From positions 95,800 to 159,799 of the forward strand of contig JARVJZ010000002.1 of the NCBI GenBank assembly GCA_029775855.1: a DNA stretch of 64,000 nt. The letters are read 5' to 3'. The notes beneath the pieces are model-generated. The model ran no database searches. It worked only from the letters and a program-made list of their open reading frames with translations, and was not told the DNA's origin. Shown here piece after piece: positions 17,824 through 27,871 of this stretch (its first letter is position 1; every line of letters begins with the position of its first letter). Source of the stretch: Nitrososphaeria archaeon (lineage in GTDB: Archaea; Thermoproteota; Nitrososphaeria; Nitrososphaerales; JAAOZN01). The position numbers and the translations under genes are program-made.

Positions 17824-18603
17824 CTAGAGGGTGTGTTTAGTAGCCTTTACCAGCTTTAACTGTTCGAGGAGTTGGTGATAGGCGTTTTGGCTTGCCTTCT
17901 GCTTTTTATAGTATCGTATCGCTTCGATGATAATATCTTGGTTTTTGAGATTTAGAATTCGTCTAGCTTTATTTGCTACCGGTCCTCCGACGAATAGGTA
18001 TTGTGCTGCAGATGTTAGGTTTCTTACAGCACGCTCTGTAGAGGCTGATTCGAAGTCTATTATTTCAACCCTATCTGCTACTAAAACGTGTTTGTTTAGG
18101 TTGCTTAGCTCGCCGTGATCTAAGCCTGCTTGGTCTAGTCTCCAACATTTATCAAGTAAGTTTTTACATACGCTTCTCAGCTTTGAAGCTGCGCCTCTTC
18201 CCTTTAGATCTTTAACCCATTGAGGTAAGTTTATGCCTTTTATCAGCTCCATCAATATGAAGTTGTCGCTATACTTGTAGAGTTTGGGGCCTACATCTAG
18301 TTTGTTTGCTGCTGTGAGTAGCTCTGCTTCTCGATTTAGGTTCGGTCTGTTTGCGTCTATTCGTCTGATCTTTAAGGCTGCTTCACCTTGTTCCCATTTT
18401 GCTATCACTACTATGCTTACGCAACCCTTACCTAAGACTTTAAGACCAGAGATTTCAACCCTACCATCTAAAATTATCTCTTTCACACCAAGATCTTTGA
18501 GCTCCTTTAGACGGAGTTGAATCTGTGGTGGTGTAGGGTTTGGGTAGCATAGTATGTTTGAGTAAGGTGCTTCTGCTAAGGCTTCAAGCTGAATTGAATA
18601 CAA
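17824..18603 (-). CDS. Atypical RIO/Bud32-like small protein kinase
   Basis: Contains an LGKGCVSIVV glycine-loop-like segment, AALKIRR (Lys) and LDHGELSNLNKHVLV...VEIIDFESAS (catalytic loop plus a DFG-like IDF). It overlaps the cca 3' end by 20 nt. Confidence 0.65.
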   Translation of the reverse strand: MYSIQLEALAEAPYSNILCYPNPTPPQIQLRLKELKDLGVKEIILDGRVEISGLKVLGKGCVSIVVIAKWEQGEAALKIRRIDANRPNLNREAELLTAANKLDVGPKLYKYSDNFILMELIKGINLPQWVKDLKGRGAASKLRSVCKNLLDKCWRLDQAGLDHGELSNLNKHVLVADRVEIIDFESASTERAVRNLTSAAQYLFVGGPVANKARRILNLKNQDIIIEAIRYYKKQKASQNAYHQLLEQLKLVKATKHTL

Positions 18604-19978
18604 GTTGGTCTGTGGATACGAATTTATGCACCTCCTTCCTAAGCCAAGATATGTTTTCTACAGCATCAAGCGCTTCTTTGCCGGTTAGGATAGTGGTGGA
18701 TGTCTTAAGCGCTTCTCTTAAGCCTTCTGATACACCAAGTTCCTTTGGGTTTTTTAATATGCTACTTAACACATCTACTATGTCTCTCTGAACTCTTTCT
18801 TGTAGACTTACTATCCTACCATCCTCAGTGAACCATGTTGCGGTTGAGCGGTTTAGATTCTTCTCGATGAAGCGCGCAGTATCTTCCTTACGATACACCT
18901 CTGGACCTACCTTAAGCACATAGTTTGGTAGGGTTGTAGATTCTGTTAGTAGGAGAATAGCGCTTTCATCCTTCTCACTGCTAGCTTCAGATACCTTCAA
19001 AATCTCAAATCCCCTTATCTCCAGCTGCTTCCTTATTGCTTCTGAGGTTTTGTGAAGTTGACCCCAGATTATATCTGGGCTTCTTGGTTTATGCTTAAAT
19101 TTAAGTAGTATAAGATTGTCTAAAATCTTTTTAAGTATATGTGAAGTTTCTTGGTTTGCATCTGGTATTTTGAAATATTCTACTCTAGGTTTTTTCAAGA
19201 AGCTGCGCGCAGATAAGATAAGGGTTGCGAGGCTCTCTTCCGATACCGCAGCTCCGAGGTTGCGCTCCGGGTCAACAGGATCAAGTATTATAATCGGGTT
19301 TTGAAATCTTAGTCTCACGTCTGCTGGAACCTCGCCTAAGCTGATTATACTACCCCGCTCAAAATTTGAGAACGCAGTTAAGGTGTTTATGAAGCTTTGG
19401 TATTTGAGGATTAAGACTTCACATACATACCCGCTAAAGCCTTTAGTTTTAACTTCAGCGCCATAGATGTTTCTTGCTTTAAGAAACTTTTTGAGAAGCC
19501 TAACATCAGCTTTTAACTCCTCTTTAAGATGCTCCTTTACGTATTCTGTGTGGTAAGGCGAGCGGTCTGCAGCGCTTATCCACCGCCTTGGCTCAACATC
19601 AAAGCAAGGAACTACATTAACACGTATACCGTTGACGAAGCCTTCTAGATAGGGATGCTCTGAGTATCTTACAAGTGTTGGGTATCCCGCTAAGGTTTCT
19701 TCAGCCATATCCATAGATAAGCGTTTAAATTCTTCTTGGCCTATTTTGGTTGGAAACTTTAAGAAGAGGTCTATGTCGCAGTCTCCTTTAAGCCACGTGT
19801 CTTTAGCGTATGATCCTCCTATTACAGCTTTCCCCTCGATCTTTCTCTTCGCTATAACTTCTGAAGCTTTTTGGAGAATTTCTTGGGCTACCTTTGCTAC
19901 TCTTTTGCGTTCTTCTTCGTCTGGCTCACAAAGTTTGCGTGCTTCGACGAGTATATCATCGAGCATAGTGTGCATCAA
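18584..19978 (-). CDS. cca: CCA-adding enzyme (class I archaeal tRNA nucleotidyltransferase)
   Basis: Contains the GGSYAKDTWLKGDCDIDLFLKFP motif of archaeal CCA-adding enzymes. Length is 464 aa. Confidence 0.9.
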   Translation of the reverse strand: MMHTMLDDILVEARKLCEPDEEERKRVAKVAQEILQKASEVIAKRKIEGKAVIGGSYAKDTWLKGDCDIDLFLKFPTKIGQEEFKRLSMDMAEETLAGYPTLVRYSEHPYLEGFVNGIRVNVVPCFDVEPRRWISAADRSPYHTEYVKEHLKEELKADVRLLKKFLKARNIYGAEVKTKGFSGYVCEVLILKYQSFINTLTAFSNFERGSIISLGEVPADVRLRFQNPIIILDPVDPERNLGAAVSEESLATLILSARSFLKKPRVEYFKIPDANQETSHILKKILDNLILLKFKHKPRSPDIIWGQLHKTSEAIRKQLEIRGFEILKVSEASSEKDESAILLLTESTTLPNYVLKVGPEVYRKEDTARFIEKNLNRSTATWFTEDGRIVSLQERVQRDIVDVLSSILKNPKELGVSEGLREALKTSTTILTGKEALDAVENISWLRKEVHKFVSTDQLVFNSA

Positions 19979-20538
19979 CCTACTAGATTCTTCACATAAA
20001 GATCGGTGTAGATTGGTCCCTTGGGCGTTAAGTCGCTTTTTTTGAGCTTAATTTGAGTAAGAAGGTCTTCGCCGAAGACTGTGTCGAGGTTGGAGTTTAT
20101 GAGCTTTATTAGCGCTTCTTTGTTCCTCCCACTTTTAACCCTAGCTACTGTTAAATGTGGTGTAAAGGGTTTATGGTCGCCAACTTTAAGGTGAGCTATC
20201 TTAGATTCGACTATTTCAGCAAGATTACTTAAAAGCGCCCCACCCTCCCTATCTGAACCAACCCACAAGACATTCGGGCGCCATATCGAGGGAAAAGCGC
20301 CTACACCTTGATACACAACCTTAATCTGAGGCGCATCTATTTCTGAAAGGGCTTCCTTTACCTTTAAAATCAAGTTAGCATCTACTTCGCCTAAAAATTT
20401 TAAAGTAAAATGAAGGTTTTGGGGTTCAACAAGTTTAACATCAGCCCCGGTTTCAACGATAGCTCTCTGTAGTGCGGTCAACTTAGCTAAAGCATCTTTA
20501 TTCTCTAAGTCAACGGCTATGAAGACCCTCATCACCAT
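19975..20538 (-). CDS. thpR: RNA 2',3'-cyclic phosphodiesterase (2H phosphoesterase, LigT/ThpR)
   Basis: Carries two HxTx motifs (HFTLKFLG and HLTVARV) in 187 aa. It overlaps the cca start by 4 nt. Confidence 0.85.
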   Translation of the reverse strand: MVMRVFIAVDLENKDALAKLTALQRAIVETGADVKLVEPQNLHFTLKFLGEVDANLILKVKEALSEIDAPQIKVVYQGVGAFPSIWRPNVLWVGSDREGGALLSNLAEIVESKIAHLKVGDHKPFTPHLTVARVKSGRNKEALIKLINSNLDTVFGEDLLTQIKLKKSDLTPKGPIYTDLYVKNLVG

Positions 20539-20582
20539 ACTTCTAGGTAAACGGTGATTAAAAGGAATCTCTATTAAGAAGT

Positions 20583-21179
20583 TTGAGGAGAGGTGAATAT
20601 GTAAGGTTGCGTAAAGAGAGGTTGGCTGTGTGTATAGTTGGTATGCCTGGTTCTGGTAAGACTACTGTAGCAGATATGTTGGGTCTGCTTGGGTTTAAGA
20701 TCGTCACGCTGGGTGATATCGTTAGAATGGAGGTTTCTAGAAGGGGGTTGCTTCCTACAGATGATAATTTAGGTAAAGTAATGCGTGAAATACGAATAGA
20801 GGAAGGGAGAGGAGCTGTGGCAAAATTAGCTCTAAATAGCATAAAAGAGGCGGGCAGACTCTGTGTGGTCGATGGAGTAAGGTGCCTAGAAGAAGTCGAT
20901 ATCATAGGCAGCGTCGCCGAAACGAAACTGCTTGCCATACACGCTTCACCACAAATAAGGTTCAAAAGGATATGCATCAGAAACCGAAGCGATATACCAG
21001 CAGACTTCGAGAAGTTTAAAGAGAGGGATAAAAGGGAACTTGAAGTGGGTTTGGGAGAGGCAATAGCCTTAGCTGATGAAGTGATTTCAAACAACGATTT
21101 AACTAAAGATGAGTTAAGGAAAGGAGTGTTAGCCATCGTTGGAAAATGGTTGAACGAATTTGAAGATAGAGCCGCTTAA
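20583..21179 (+). CDS. P-loop nucleotide kinase-like protein, UPF0200 family
   Basis: Contains VGMPGSGKTT, LGDIVRMEVSRRGL, DGVRCLEEV and RF..I..RNRSD.P..FEKFKERDKRELEVGLGEAIALAD. This pattern matches archaeal UPF0200 proteins from memory. Confidence 0.75.
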   Translation: MRRGEYVRLRKERLAVCIVGMPGSGKTTVADMLGLLGFKIVTLGDIVRMEVSRRGLLPTDDNLGKVMREIRIEEGRGAVAKLALNSIKEAGRLCVVDGVRCLEEVDIIGSVAETKLLAIHASPQIRFKRICIRNRSDIPADFEKFKERDKRELEVGLGEAIALADEVISNNDLTKDELRKGVLAIVGKWLNEFEDRAA

Positions 21180-21561
21180 CACACAAATCCAGATTTCTTA
21201 TGTAGCTGAGATTATGAAGACAGAAGATCCTGAGAAGGTTAAAAGGGCTGTGCTGAACATCCTACCAAACATTGAAATTAGAGAAGCAAACAATACAATT
21301 ACAGGAGAGAGCTCAGACCCGATGTGCCTAAGAGTGCTTTATGAGCAGATAAGAGCGCGTAGGATAGCTGGTGTTGTGAGAAGGCTCTACGAAGAGCATC
21401 TAGTAGGCAATAAAAGCTGGCTTTATTTTAACAAGCAAGCCGCTTATGTCGGCTCGGTGGTTGTGTGTGAAGATCCGTCTGAGTCACCTTTAGGTCCAAT
21501 TAAGGTGTTTTTTGAATGTGAGGATAAAGATATCTTTTTAGATTGGCTTGCACCTTGGTGA
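21160..21561 (+). CDS. UPF0201 family (COG1931-like predicted RNA-binding) protein
   Basis: Contains the TEDPEKVKRAVLNILPN motif characteristic of UPF0201 proteins in 133 aa. It overlaps the UPF0200 gene by 20 nt. Confidence 0.7.
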   Translation: MKIEPLNTQIQISYVAEIMKTEDPEKVKRAVLNILPNIEIREANNTITGESSDPMCLRVLYEQIRARRIAGVVRRLYEEHLVGNKSWLYFNKQAAYVGSVVVCEDPSESPLGPIKVFFECEDKDIFLDWLAPW

Positions 21562-21567
21562 AGAGCT

Positions 21568-22398
21568 TTGGTTTCAGCTGGTGTTTCTACACTCTACCTT
21601 ATCCATATGAGAGAGCCTTTTGAAGCTGTTGAGCGTGAAATCCTTTTTGAGAGAGAAGATGCTGAGAAGCCAGACCTATGGGAGGTTGTGGATAGTGAGC
21701 ATCACGCCTTAGATAAGAAGAGGATAAACAGCTTAAAGGAGCTGGTAAGTGTGGGTTTTAAATTAACAATACACTGCCCTTACGACCCTTGGATCAACAT
21801 AGCAGACAGAGAGCCAAGTCGAAGAAGGCAGTCAATCACAAGGATCAAAGGTTCAATAGATGCAGCCGCAGAGCTAGAGGCAAAATCCTTCAACTTACAC
21901 CCCGGAGGATACAGAGGCTTTAACGAAGATAGAAAGAGGCTAAGCATAATCAACTGTGAAGCGATAGCCAGTCTACACGACTACGCATCGTCAAGAGGCA
22001 TATTCTTAAGCTTAGAAAACATGCCACCGAACCAAGACTACTTTATGGTGGCTCCAGAAGAGTTCCTAGAATTAAAGGAGAAAAGCGGCATAGATCTGAA
22101 GGTAACCTTTGACCCTGGGCACGCTAATCTAGCTGGGTTTATTGACGATTTCCTTAACACTCTATCGAAGCATATTTTAGAGGTGCATGTGCACGATAAC
22201 AGAGGAGAGTTAGATGAGCATCTTGAAGTTGGGCTCGGCTCTGTAAATTGGACGAAGATATTCACAGAACTAGCCGCTAAGGAGCAGCGAGTCAATTATG
22301 TGCTCGAAACTTATAATCAGCCTTTTAAGAGCCTTGCTTGGATTAAGCAGCAACTCTCTGCTCTTGAGAAGCGGTTTAGGTTCACTCGGGGTATTTAA
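21568..22398 (+). CDS. Sugar phosphate isomerase/epimerase (xylose isomerase-like TIM barrel)
   Basis: NLHPG..., FDPGHANL and HVHDNRGELDEHLEVGLGSVNW are metal-ligand patterns of the AP-endonuclease-2/xylose-isomerase-like TIM family. Confidence 0.75.
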   Translation: MVSAGVSTLYLIHMREPFEAVEREILFEREDAEKPDLWEVVDSEHHALDKKRINSLKELVSVGFKLTIHCPYDPWINIADREPSRRRQSITRIKGSIDAAAELEAKSFNLHPGGYRGFNEDRKRLSIINCEAIASLHDYASSRGIFLSLENMPPNQDYFMVAPEEFLELKEKSGIDLKVTFDPGHANLAGFIDDFLNTLSKHILEVHVHDNRGELDEHLEVGLGSVNWTKIFTELAAKEQRVNYVLETYNQPFKSLAWIKQQLSALEKRFRFTRGI

Positions 22399-23299
22399 CA
22401 TCTAACTCCATAAGGTCTTCGGCTGCGACTACATTACTATGCACTTCTGAAGCCTCCTTTACCAATTCCGCGGTGTCATCATACCTCGCGCTGAAGTGTG
22501 TAAGAACTAATGTCTTCACACCAGCCTCCTTCGCTATCGTAGCCGCTTCCCTTGCGGTCGAATGCTGATTCTCCTCAGCCTTATCGGCGTGCCTATCTGC
22601 ATATGTCGAGTCGAAGATGAGAAGATCACAGCCTTTAAAGAATTTTATTAACTTCTTACTAGGCCTAGTATCACCCGAGTACCCTATCTTTCTACCTCTT
22701 CTCTTCGGCCCAGTTACTTGATCTGGTGTTATCGTTCTTCCTTGAAGGGTGATTGCTTCACCTTTTTGTAATAGGTGCCAAAGCCTACCTTCAGGTATGC
22801 CTAAACTTTTTGCAGCTTCTGGGTAAAATACTCCGGGTCGCGGTTTCTCCACGAGTAGGTATGCATATGTAAGCGGAGGGTGCTCTGCTTTGCAAGCGTA
22901 GATAGTGTACTCTTGTTCTTCAACAACGAGCTTCTGCTTAACAGTGTTTATTTGAAGGTTGAATGTCAGCTCGAATCCTAGGGCTTTTATGTTAGATTTT
23001 ATGAAGCTTTGTAAGCCTTTTGGTCCGTATATTGTTAGAGGTTTGTCTCGCCGCATCATTGACATGCTTTGCAGTAAACCAAGCAACCCAACACAGTGGT
23101 CTCCGTGAAGGTGTGTTATGAAGATCTTCATCGGCCTATTTAGCCCAAGCCCAGCGTTTATCATCGCTCTCTGAACACATTCACCAGCGTCGAAAAGGAG
23201 TATCTCTGCCCCTCTCTTTATGGCTATAGAGGAGAGACCACGCTTCTTGGTAGGCACAGATGAGGATGTGCCTAAGAAGACGACTTTAAGTTGAACCAC
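22382..23299 (-). CDS. rnz: Ribonuclease Z (tRNA 3' endonuclease)
   Basis: Contains FLGTSSSVPT, LLFDAGE and the ITHLHGDHCVGLLGLL metallo-beta-lactamase motif. At 305 aa it is the short form of RNase Z. Confidence 0.9.
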   Translation of the reverse strand: MVQLKVVFLGTSSSVPTKKRGLSSIAIKRGAEILLFDAGECVQRAMINAGLGLNRPMKIFITHLHGDHCVGLLGLLQSMSMMRRDKPLTIYGPKGLQSFIKSNIKALGFELTFNLQINTVKQKLVVEEQEYTIYACKAEHPPLTYAYLLVEKPRPGVFYPEAAKSLGIPEGRLWHLLQKGEAITLQGRTITPDQVTGPKRRGRKIGYSGDTRPSKKLIKFFKGCDLLIFDSTYADRHADKAEENQHSTAREAATIAKEAGVKTLVLTHFSARYDDTAELVKEASEVHSNVVAAEDLMELDVKYPE

Positions 23300-23324
23300 A
23301 GAGGGGCGCTACCTCCTTTTGACC

Positions 23325-24212
23325 TTAAGTGCATATTGTTGAGAGATGTGAGGCGCAGAGGGGTGCTACATCTACCTTTGATACTACACTTGGCACGGTA
23401 TTGGTTCCGATGATTTCAACATCAGCTTTAGCTAGCCGCTGTAGAGCGTCGCCTAAAAGAAGGGGGTGTGTGCACGCTGCATAAACCTTTTTCACTCCTT
23501 TTTTATAGAGTAGGGTTGCTGCTTTCTCTATGCTTCCTCCTGTGCTTATTATATCATCTACTAGCACCGCATCTCTTCCCTCTAAACTTACATCAATATC
23601 CTCCACACTTACATCTCCAGTAACCCTATCCCTCGCCTTCTTGAGTATGAGATGTTCGGTCTTAAGGATGCTTGCAAAACCTTCAGCCCTCGCAGCACCG
23701 CCCAAGTCTGGTGAGACAACTATCGGCTCTCTTAAACTGTAATTCGTCTTCAGATATTCTGCAAGAAGCGGTATGGCTGATATGGTGTGGGCGGGGAATG
23801 CAAAGTAAGCCAAGGCATTTATGCTATGGATATCAACGGTATCCAGCCTCTTTATACCGGCCGCCCGCATAAGCCTAGCTACAACCGCTATACTCACTAC
23901 TTCACCCTTCAGAAACTCTTTATCTTGCCTAGCGTAGGCTAGATAAGGCACAAACGCATATACCTCTGCACCCATCTCACTAAGTTTATGCGCGATAAAT
24001 AGTAGCTGCATGAGGTTTCTATCCACAGGTGGGTAGGTTGATTGTATAACTACAACTGAACTTCTCTGCACATCTCTCTTAATCTTTATCTTAGATTCCC
24101 CGTCTGGGAAGATTGTCAACTCTAAGTCGAGCAGATCTAAACCCAGTCTTCTTGCAACTTCTTCGCCAAGCTCTCTGCTTGCTGGACCTGGAGCTATGAG
24201 CCAATCGGGCAT
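23325..24212 (-). CDS. prs: Ribose-phosphate pyrophosphokinase
   Basis: Contains the AVLVDDIISTGGSI PRPP-binding loop and YLAYARQDK. Confidence 0.9.
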   Translation of the reverse strand: MPDWLIAPGPASRELGEEVARRLGLDLLDLELTIFPDGESKIKIKRDVQRSSVVVIQSTYPPVDRNLMQLLFIAHKLSEMGAEVYAFVPYLAYARQDKEFLKGEVVSIAVVARLMRAAGIKRLDTVDIHSINALAYFAFPAHTISAIPLLAEYLKTNYSLREPIVVSPDLGGAARAEGFASILKTEHLILKKARDRVTGDVSVEDIDVSLEGRDAVLVDDIISTGGSIEKAATLLYKKGVKKVYAACTHPLLLGDALQRLAKADVEIIGTNTVPSVVSKVDVAPLCASHLSTICT

Positions 24213-24305
24213 CTTCCCACACTAAGCCTATTCTTGCAACCCCTATAAGAGTGGTGCTTAATGTAAGGTTAATCTATCTAGAATGATTATGGTGGGTGGA
24301 GCATA

Positions 24306-24905
24306 ATGGAAGCTGCACAGATAGAGTGGCAGGCGCTCTTAAGAGCCATAGTGGCGCTCTTTGTTGTAGTCGACCCAATAGGTAATGTGCCGATATTCAT
24401 AGGGTTAACGAAGAATCTAAGCCCAGCTCAAAGAAGTAGAGCCTTTAGATCAGCGGTTATAGTCTCCGCTATTTTGCTTCTAATCTTCGCTTTTGCAGGT
24501 CAGCTTCTTCTGACGCTCTTCGGCATCTCAATCCACAGCTTTAAGATAGCAGGCGGGCTGCTGCTTCTCATACTGGCTATGAAGATACTCATCTCAGGCT
24601 CATGGGAGGAGAAGACCATCACACCCGAAGGCGCTGGCGCAGTCCCTATGGCCTTCCCGCTTCTAGCCGGTCCTGGAGCTATAACTACCACGATAGTTAT
24701 GCTTCAGATCACAGGATTTGTTGAAGTTATTTTAGCGGTGCTCTCTGTGATCTTCATAACCTCTGTCGTATTGATATTTATTGAGCGTATCTACATCATC
24801 CTAGGGGAGACAGGTTCGTCGGTTGCTGCTAGGCTTATGGCTGTTTTCATCGCAGCTATAGCGTTTCAGTTCATTATTGAGGGGATACGATTCTACTTTA
24901 CCTAA
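24306..24905 (+). CDS. MarC family (UPF0056) integral membrane protein
   Basis: 199 aa with about 6 TM helices, FVVVDPIGNVPIF near the N-terminus and PLLAGPGAITT, both typical of MarC. Confidence 0.8.
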   Translation: MEAAQIEWQALLRAIVALFVVVDPIGNVPIFIGLTKNLSPAQRSRAFRSAVIVSAILLLIFAFAGQLLLTLFGISIHSFKIAGGLLLLILAMKILISGSWEEKTITPEGAGAVPMAFPLLAGPGAITTTIVMLQITGFVEVILAVLSVIFITSVVLIFIERIYIILGETGSSVAARLMAVFIAAIAFQFIIEGIRFYFT

Positions 24906-24908
24906 CTA

Positions 24909-26363
24909 TTAGAATTCAGAATCAGCCCTAATCCCAACTCTATCCGAATATCTTTCTAGAATAGGGTTGATTTCCCTCTGCACAAACTCCAAGCACCGCT
25001 CAGGTGCATCACCGACGAGTTCACCATAACCCGATGAACCTAATAGGTCTTCTACTACTTTACGATTTAACTTACTTGCTATTCTACTGTCGCTTGACAA
25101 GAGAGATGCAAGTGGGTTTTCTGCTCCTTGCATAACGGCATCCCAAGCCTTAAAGGCGTAGCCTCTTATCAACTCATGCATTTCTTGTCTGCTCTCTCCA
25201 GCTTTAACAAGTTGCATGAGAAGCCTTTCTGTGGCTGAGAATGGAGCGAACCTCCTTAGATTTCTCTCAATAACTCTTTCGTATATCTGAAGGCCGCGCA
25301 TCACTTTATCGTATAAGATTAGGATCTCATCTACTGCCAGAAAGCCTTCGGGTATGATTATTCTCCTGTTAGCCGAATCATCGAGTGTTCTCTCAAGTAG
25401 AGATGATGAAGCGTTGATGTATGCTACTTGTGGAAGCACCGATACAAAACGGGCTAATGAGCAGATTCTCTCACTTAAAACTGGATTACGCTTAAACGGC
25501 ATAGCAGAGGAGCCTACTTGCTTTTCACCTATAGGCTCTGACCACTCACCAAAGACAGGAGACTGCATCAACCGAACATCAAACGCAAACCTATGTGCGC
25601 TTTGGGCGATAGAGGACAAAGTAGAGAGGACTAGAAAATCTAGCTTCCTTGGGTAAGTCTGGGTTGAGACGAGGTATGACTCTAACCCCAGCTTCTTCAA
25701 GAAGGCGGACTCAAGGTCAGCTGGTTGCGAAGCTCGTGAAAGCAGCTCCTTAAAGCTAGATGAAGTGCCTACAGAGCCTTTAAGCCCTTTTCCCTTCACC
25801 ACAACATTCAAAACAAATTCTACACACTTAACATCAGTTACTAAGTCTTGAGCATACTGTGCTATTCTATAACCTACTGTTGTAGGCTCTGCTGGCTGAA
25901 GGTGCGTCCAACCCATACAAGGCAGAGCACGGTATTCTTTTATCTTCTTGGACGCAGAGTCTAAGCAGTTTACCAAGCGTGTTAAGATGATATCTAGCGC
26001 CTTTCTGATCTTTAAAGCATCAGCATTATCCTCGATGTCTGCCGATGTTGCGCCTAGGTGTATCTTTCCTCCACCTATCTTAGCTTGTTCAGCAAAGACC
26101 TTTATTTCAGCCATAAGGTCGTGTTTAATCTGTCGTTCTATTTCATGTGCTCTACTTATGTTGACGCTTTCAGCATCTGCGTAAGCCCTTATATCCTCCA
26201 GCTCCTCTTTCGATACAAGGTTCTTTTCAGCCTCCGCTTCAGCTAGGGCTAACCATATACGCCTCCAAATAGCCCTTGTGGCAACTTCGGAAAAGAGTTT
26301 TCTCATCTCCTTGCTTCCGTATCTCCAAGTGAAGACTGAAAGGTAGTCGTCGTAATCGAACAT
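24909..26363 (-). CDS. purB: Adenylosuccinate lyase
   Basis: Contains GATSADIEDNA and the fumarate-lyase signature GSSAMPFKRNP. Confidence 0.9.
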   Translation of the reverse strand: MFDYDDYLSVFTWRYGSKEMRKLFSEVATRAIWRRIWLALAEAEAEKNLVSKEELEDIRAYADAESVNISRAHEIERQIKHDLMAEIKVFAEQAKIGGGKIHLGATSADIEDNADALKIRKALDIILTRLVNCLDSASKKIKEYRALPCMGWTHLQPAEPTTVGYRIAQYAQDLVTDVKCVEFVLNVVVKGKGLKGSVGTSSSFKELLSRASQPADLESAFLKKLGLESYLVSTQTYPRKLDFLVLSTLSSIAQSAHRFAFDVRLMQSPVFGEWSEPIGEKQVGSSAMPFKRNPVLSERICSLARFVSVLPQVAYINASSSLLERTLDDSANRRIIIPEGFLAVDEILILYDKVMRGLQIYERVIERNLRRFAPFSATERLLMQLVKAGESRQEMHELIRGYAFKAWDAVMQGAENPLASLLSSDSRIASKLNRKVVEDLLGSSGYGELVGDAPERCLEFVQREINPILERYSDRVGIRADSEF

Positions 26364-26449
26364 AGCCTACCATAAGCACTCTATTTCGAAGCAAATAAAC
26401 CCTTGCTTAAATTTAACCTTATTAGTCTGCAACCCCTAATCACCTTGGT

Positions 26450-27871
26450 TTGAAAACTGTAGTTCTAGCAGGCGGTGAAGGGACTAGGTTAAGACCCCTT
26501 ACACTCACCCGTCCAAAGCCTATGCTACCCTTAGGACCAACGCCTGTGATAGAGCATCTGATAAAGCATTTAACCAATATAGGCTTCAACGAAATAATCT
26601 TAACTATAGGATACATGGGTGAGCAAGTTAAAAGATATCTGGGTGATGGTTCAAGGTTTAACGCTAGAATACATTACTCCTTCGAGCCAGAAGACTATCT
26701 TGTAGGCACAGCCGGCAGCGTAAAGATGGTAAGCCATCTATTACAGCAGCGTTTCTTAGTCATACAAGGAGACACATACACAGAAGTCGACCTCTCCAAA
26801 TTGGTTAAAGCGCATATCGAAAGTGGTTGTGATGCAACAATCATGGTGAAAAGTGTTGAAAATCCTTGGCTCTTCGGCACAGTAGAATATGATGAAAAAG
26901 GCATCATAACAGGTTTCCAAGAAAAGCCTGAACCAGAACGGTGCCGCACAAACAAGATCAGCACTGGAGTTTATGTTTTTGAGCCTGATGTTCTAGACTT
27001 TATAACACAACCTCCATGCGACTTTGCAAGAAATGTTTTCCCCAAGATGCTAGCGTCTAGAAAGAAGATGTTAGCTTATGAGTGTGAAGGCTACTGGGTT
27101 GATGTAGGTAGCAGACAAGGGTATATTGAGGCGCAAGCACATCTCCTTAAGAAGCATATGAGAGAGTATAATGAACCTATCTGGAGATTAGGTGAAGCAG
27201 AGTTAAGTAAAGATGCAAGATTAGAACCGCCTGTGCTTATAGGATGTGATGTAAGAATTGAAGCTGATGCAACAATCGGGCCTTATACTTGCATTATGAG
27301 CGCGTCAAGAGTATCAAGTGGTTCAACGATAAGTTCAGCAACCTTATTTGAAAATGTCACAGTTGGCAGCGGCTCAAATATTTCGCATAGCATAATAGGT
27401 GAAAGAGCTATATTAAGGGAAAGAGTCGTGGTAAAAGATTCTATAGTTGGGCAAGCCGCCCTACTTAAAAACGGTGTTAACATTTACTCTGAGAGCAGAA
27501 TATGGCCTAATGTTATAGTAGAAGAAGGCGAGCAAGTAAAAGGTACAATTCTATTTACCCAAGAGAAACCATTCTACTTCTTTCTAGACTACGGAAAATA
27601 TACAGGCATAATAGCCTCATCTATTCCAACATTTATAGAAGCCTTAACGATTGTAGATATTAAATCAATAGAATTTCATCTTTATAGACGCGACTTTGAA
27701 CGCTGGATAAGAGATGTCATACAAGCCCCTCTCCTTGCTGAAGAAATAGCTTCGGTTAGAAAGCAGATGCTGGCTGGGGAAGAGGTTAGAGCTGCGCTTC
27801 TAAAGGTAGTAAAGGCTTGGTTCAGATATGTAACTGAAGGCTCTGAAACCAGCAGCTGTAGCAGAGGTTAA
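26450..27871 (+). CDS. Sugar-1-phosphate nucleotidyltransferase with a left-handed beta-helix and an extra C-terminal domain
   Basis: The N-terminus is VLAGGEGTRLRPLT...PKPMLP. The mid region has hexapeptide-like repeats. The ~110-aa C-terminal domain (FYFFLDYGKYTG...FERWIRDV) belongs to no family I recognise. Confidence 0.8.
   Translation: MKTVVLAGGEGTRLRPLTLTRPKPMLPLGPTPVIEHLIKHLTNIGFNEIILTIGYMGEQVKRYLGDGSRFNARIHYSFEPEDYLVGTAGSVKMVSHLLQQRFLVIQGDTYTEVDLSKLVKAHIESGCDATIMVKSVENPWLFGTVEYDEKGIITGFQEKPEPERCRTNKISTGVYVFEPDVLDFITQPPCDFARNVFPKMLASRKKMLAYECEGYWVDVGSRQGYIEAQAHLLKKHMREYNEPIWRLGEAELSKDARLEPPVLIGCDVRIEADATIGPYTCIMSASRVSSGSTISSATLFENVTVGSGSNISHSIIGERAILRERVVVKDSIVGQAALLKNGVNIYSESRIWPNVIVEEGEQVKGTILFTQEKPFYFFLDYGKYTGIIASSIPTFIEALTIVDIKSIEFHLYRRDFERWIRDVIQAPLLAEEIASVRKQMLAGEEVRAALLKVVKAWFRYVTEGSETSSCSRG

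Noticed and set aside
20558-21136. 192-aa minus-strand ORF
   Set aside because: It lies entirely antisense to the well-supported UPF0200 kinase-like gene. Its sequence is low-complexity and S/L/T/P-rich, with no recognisable motifs.
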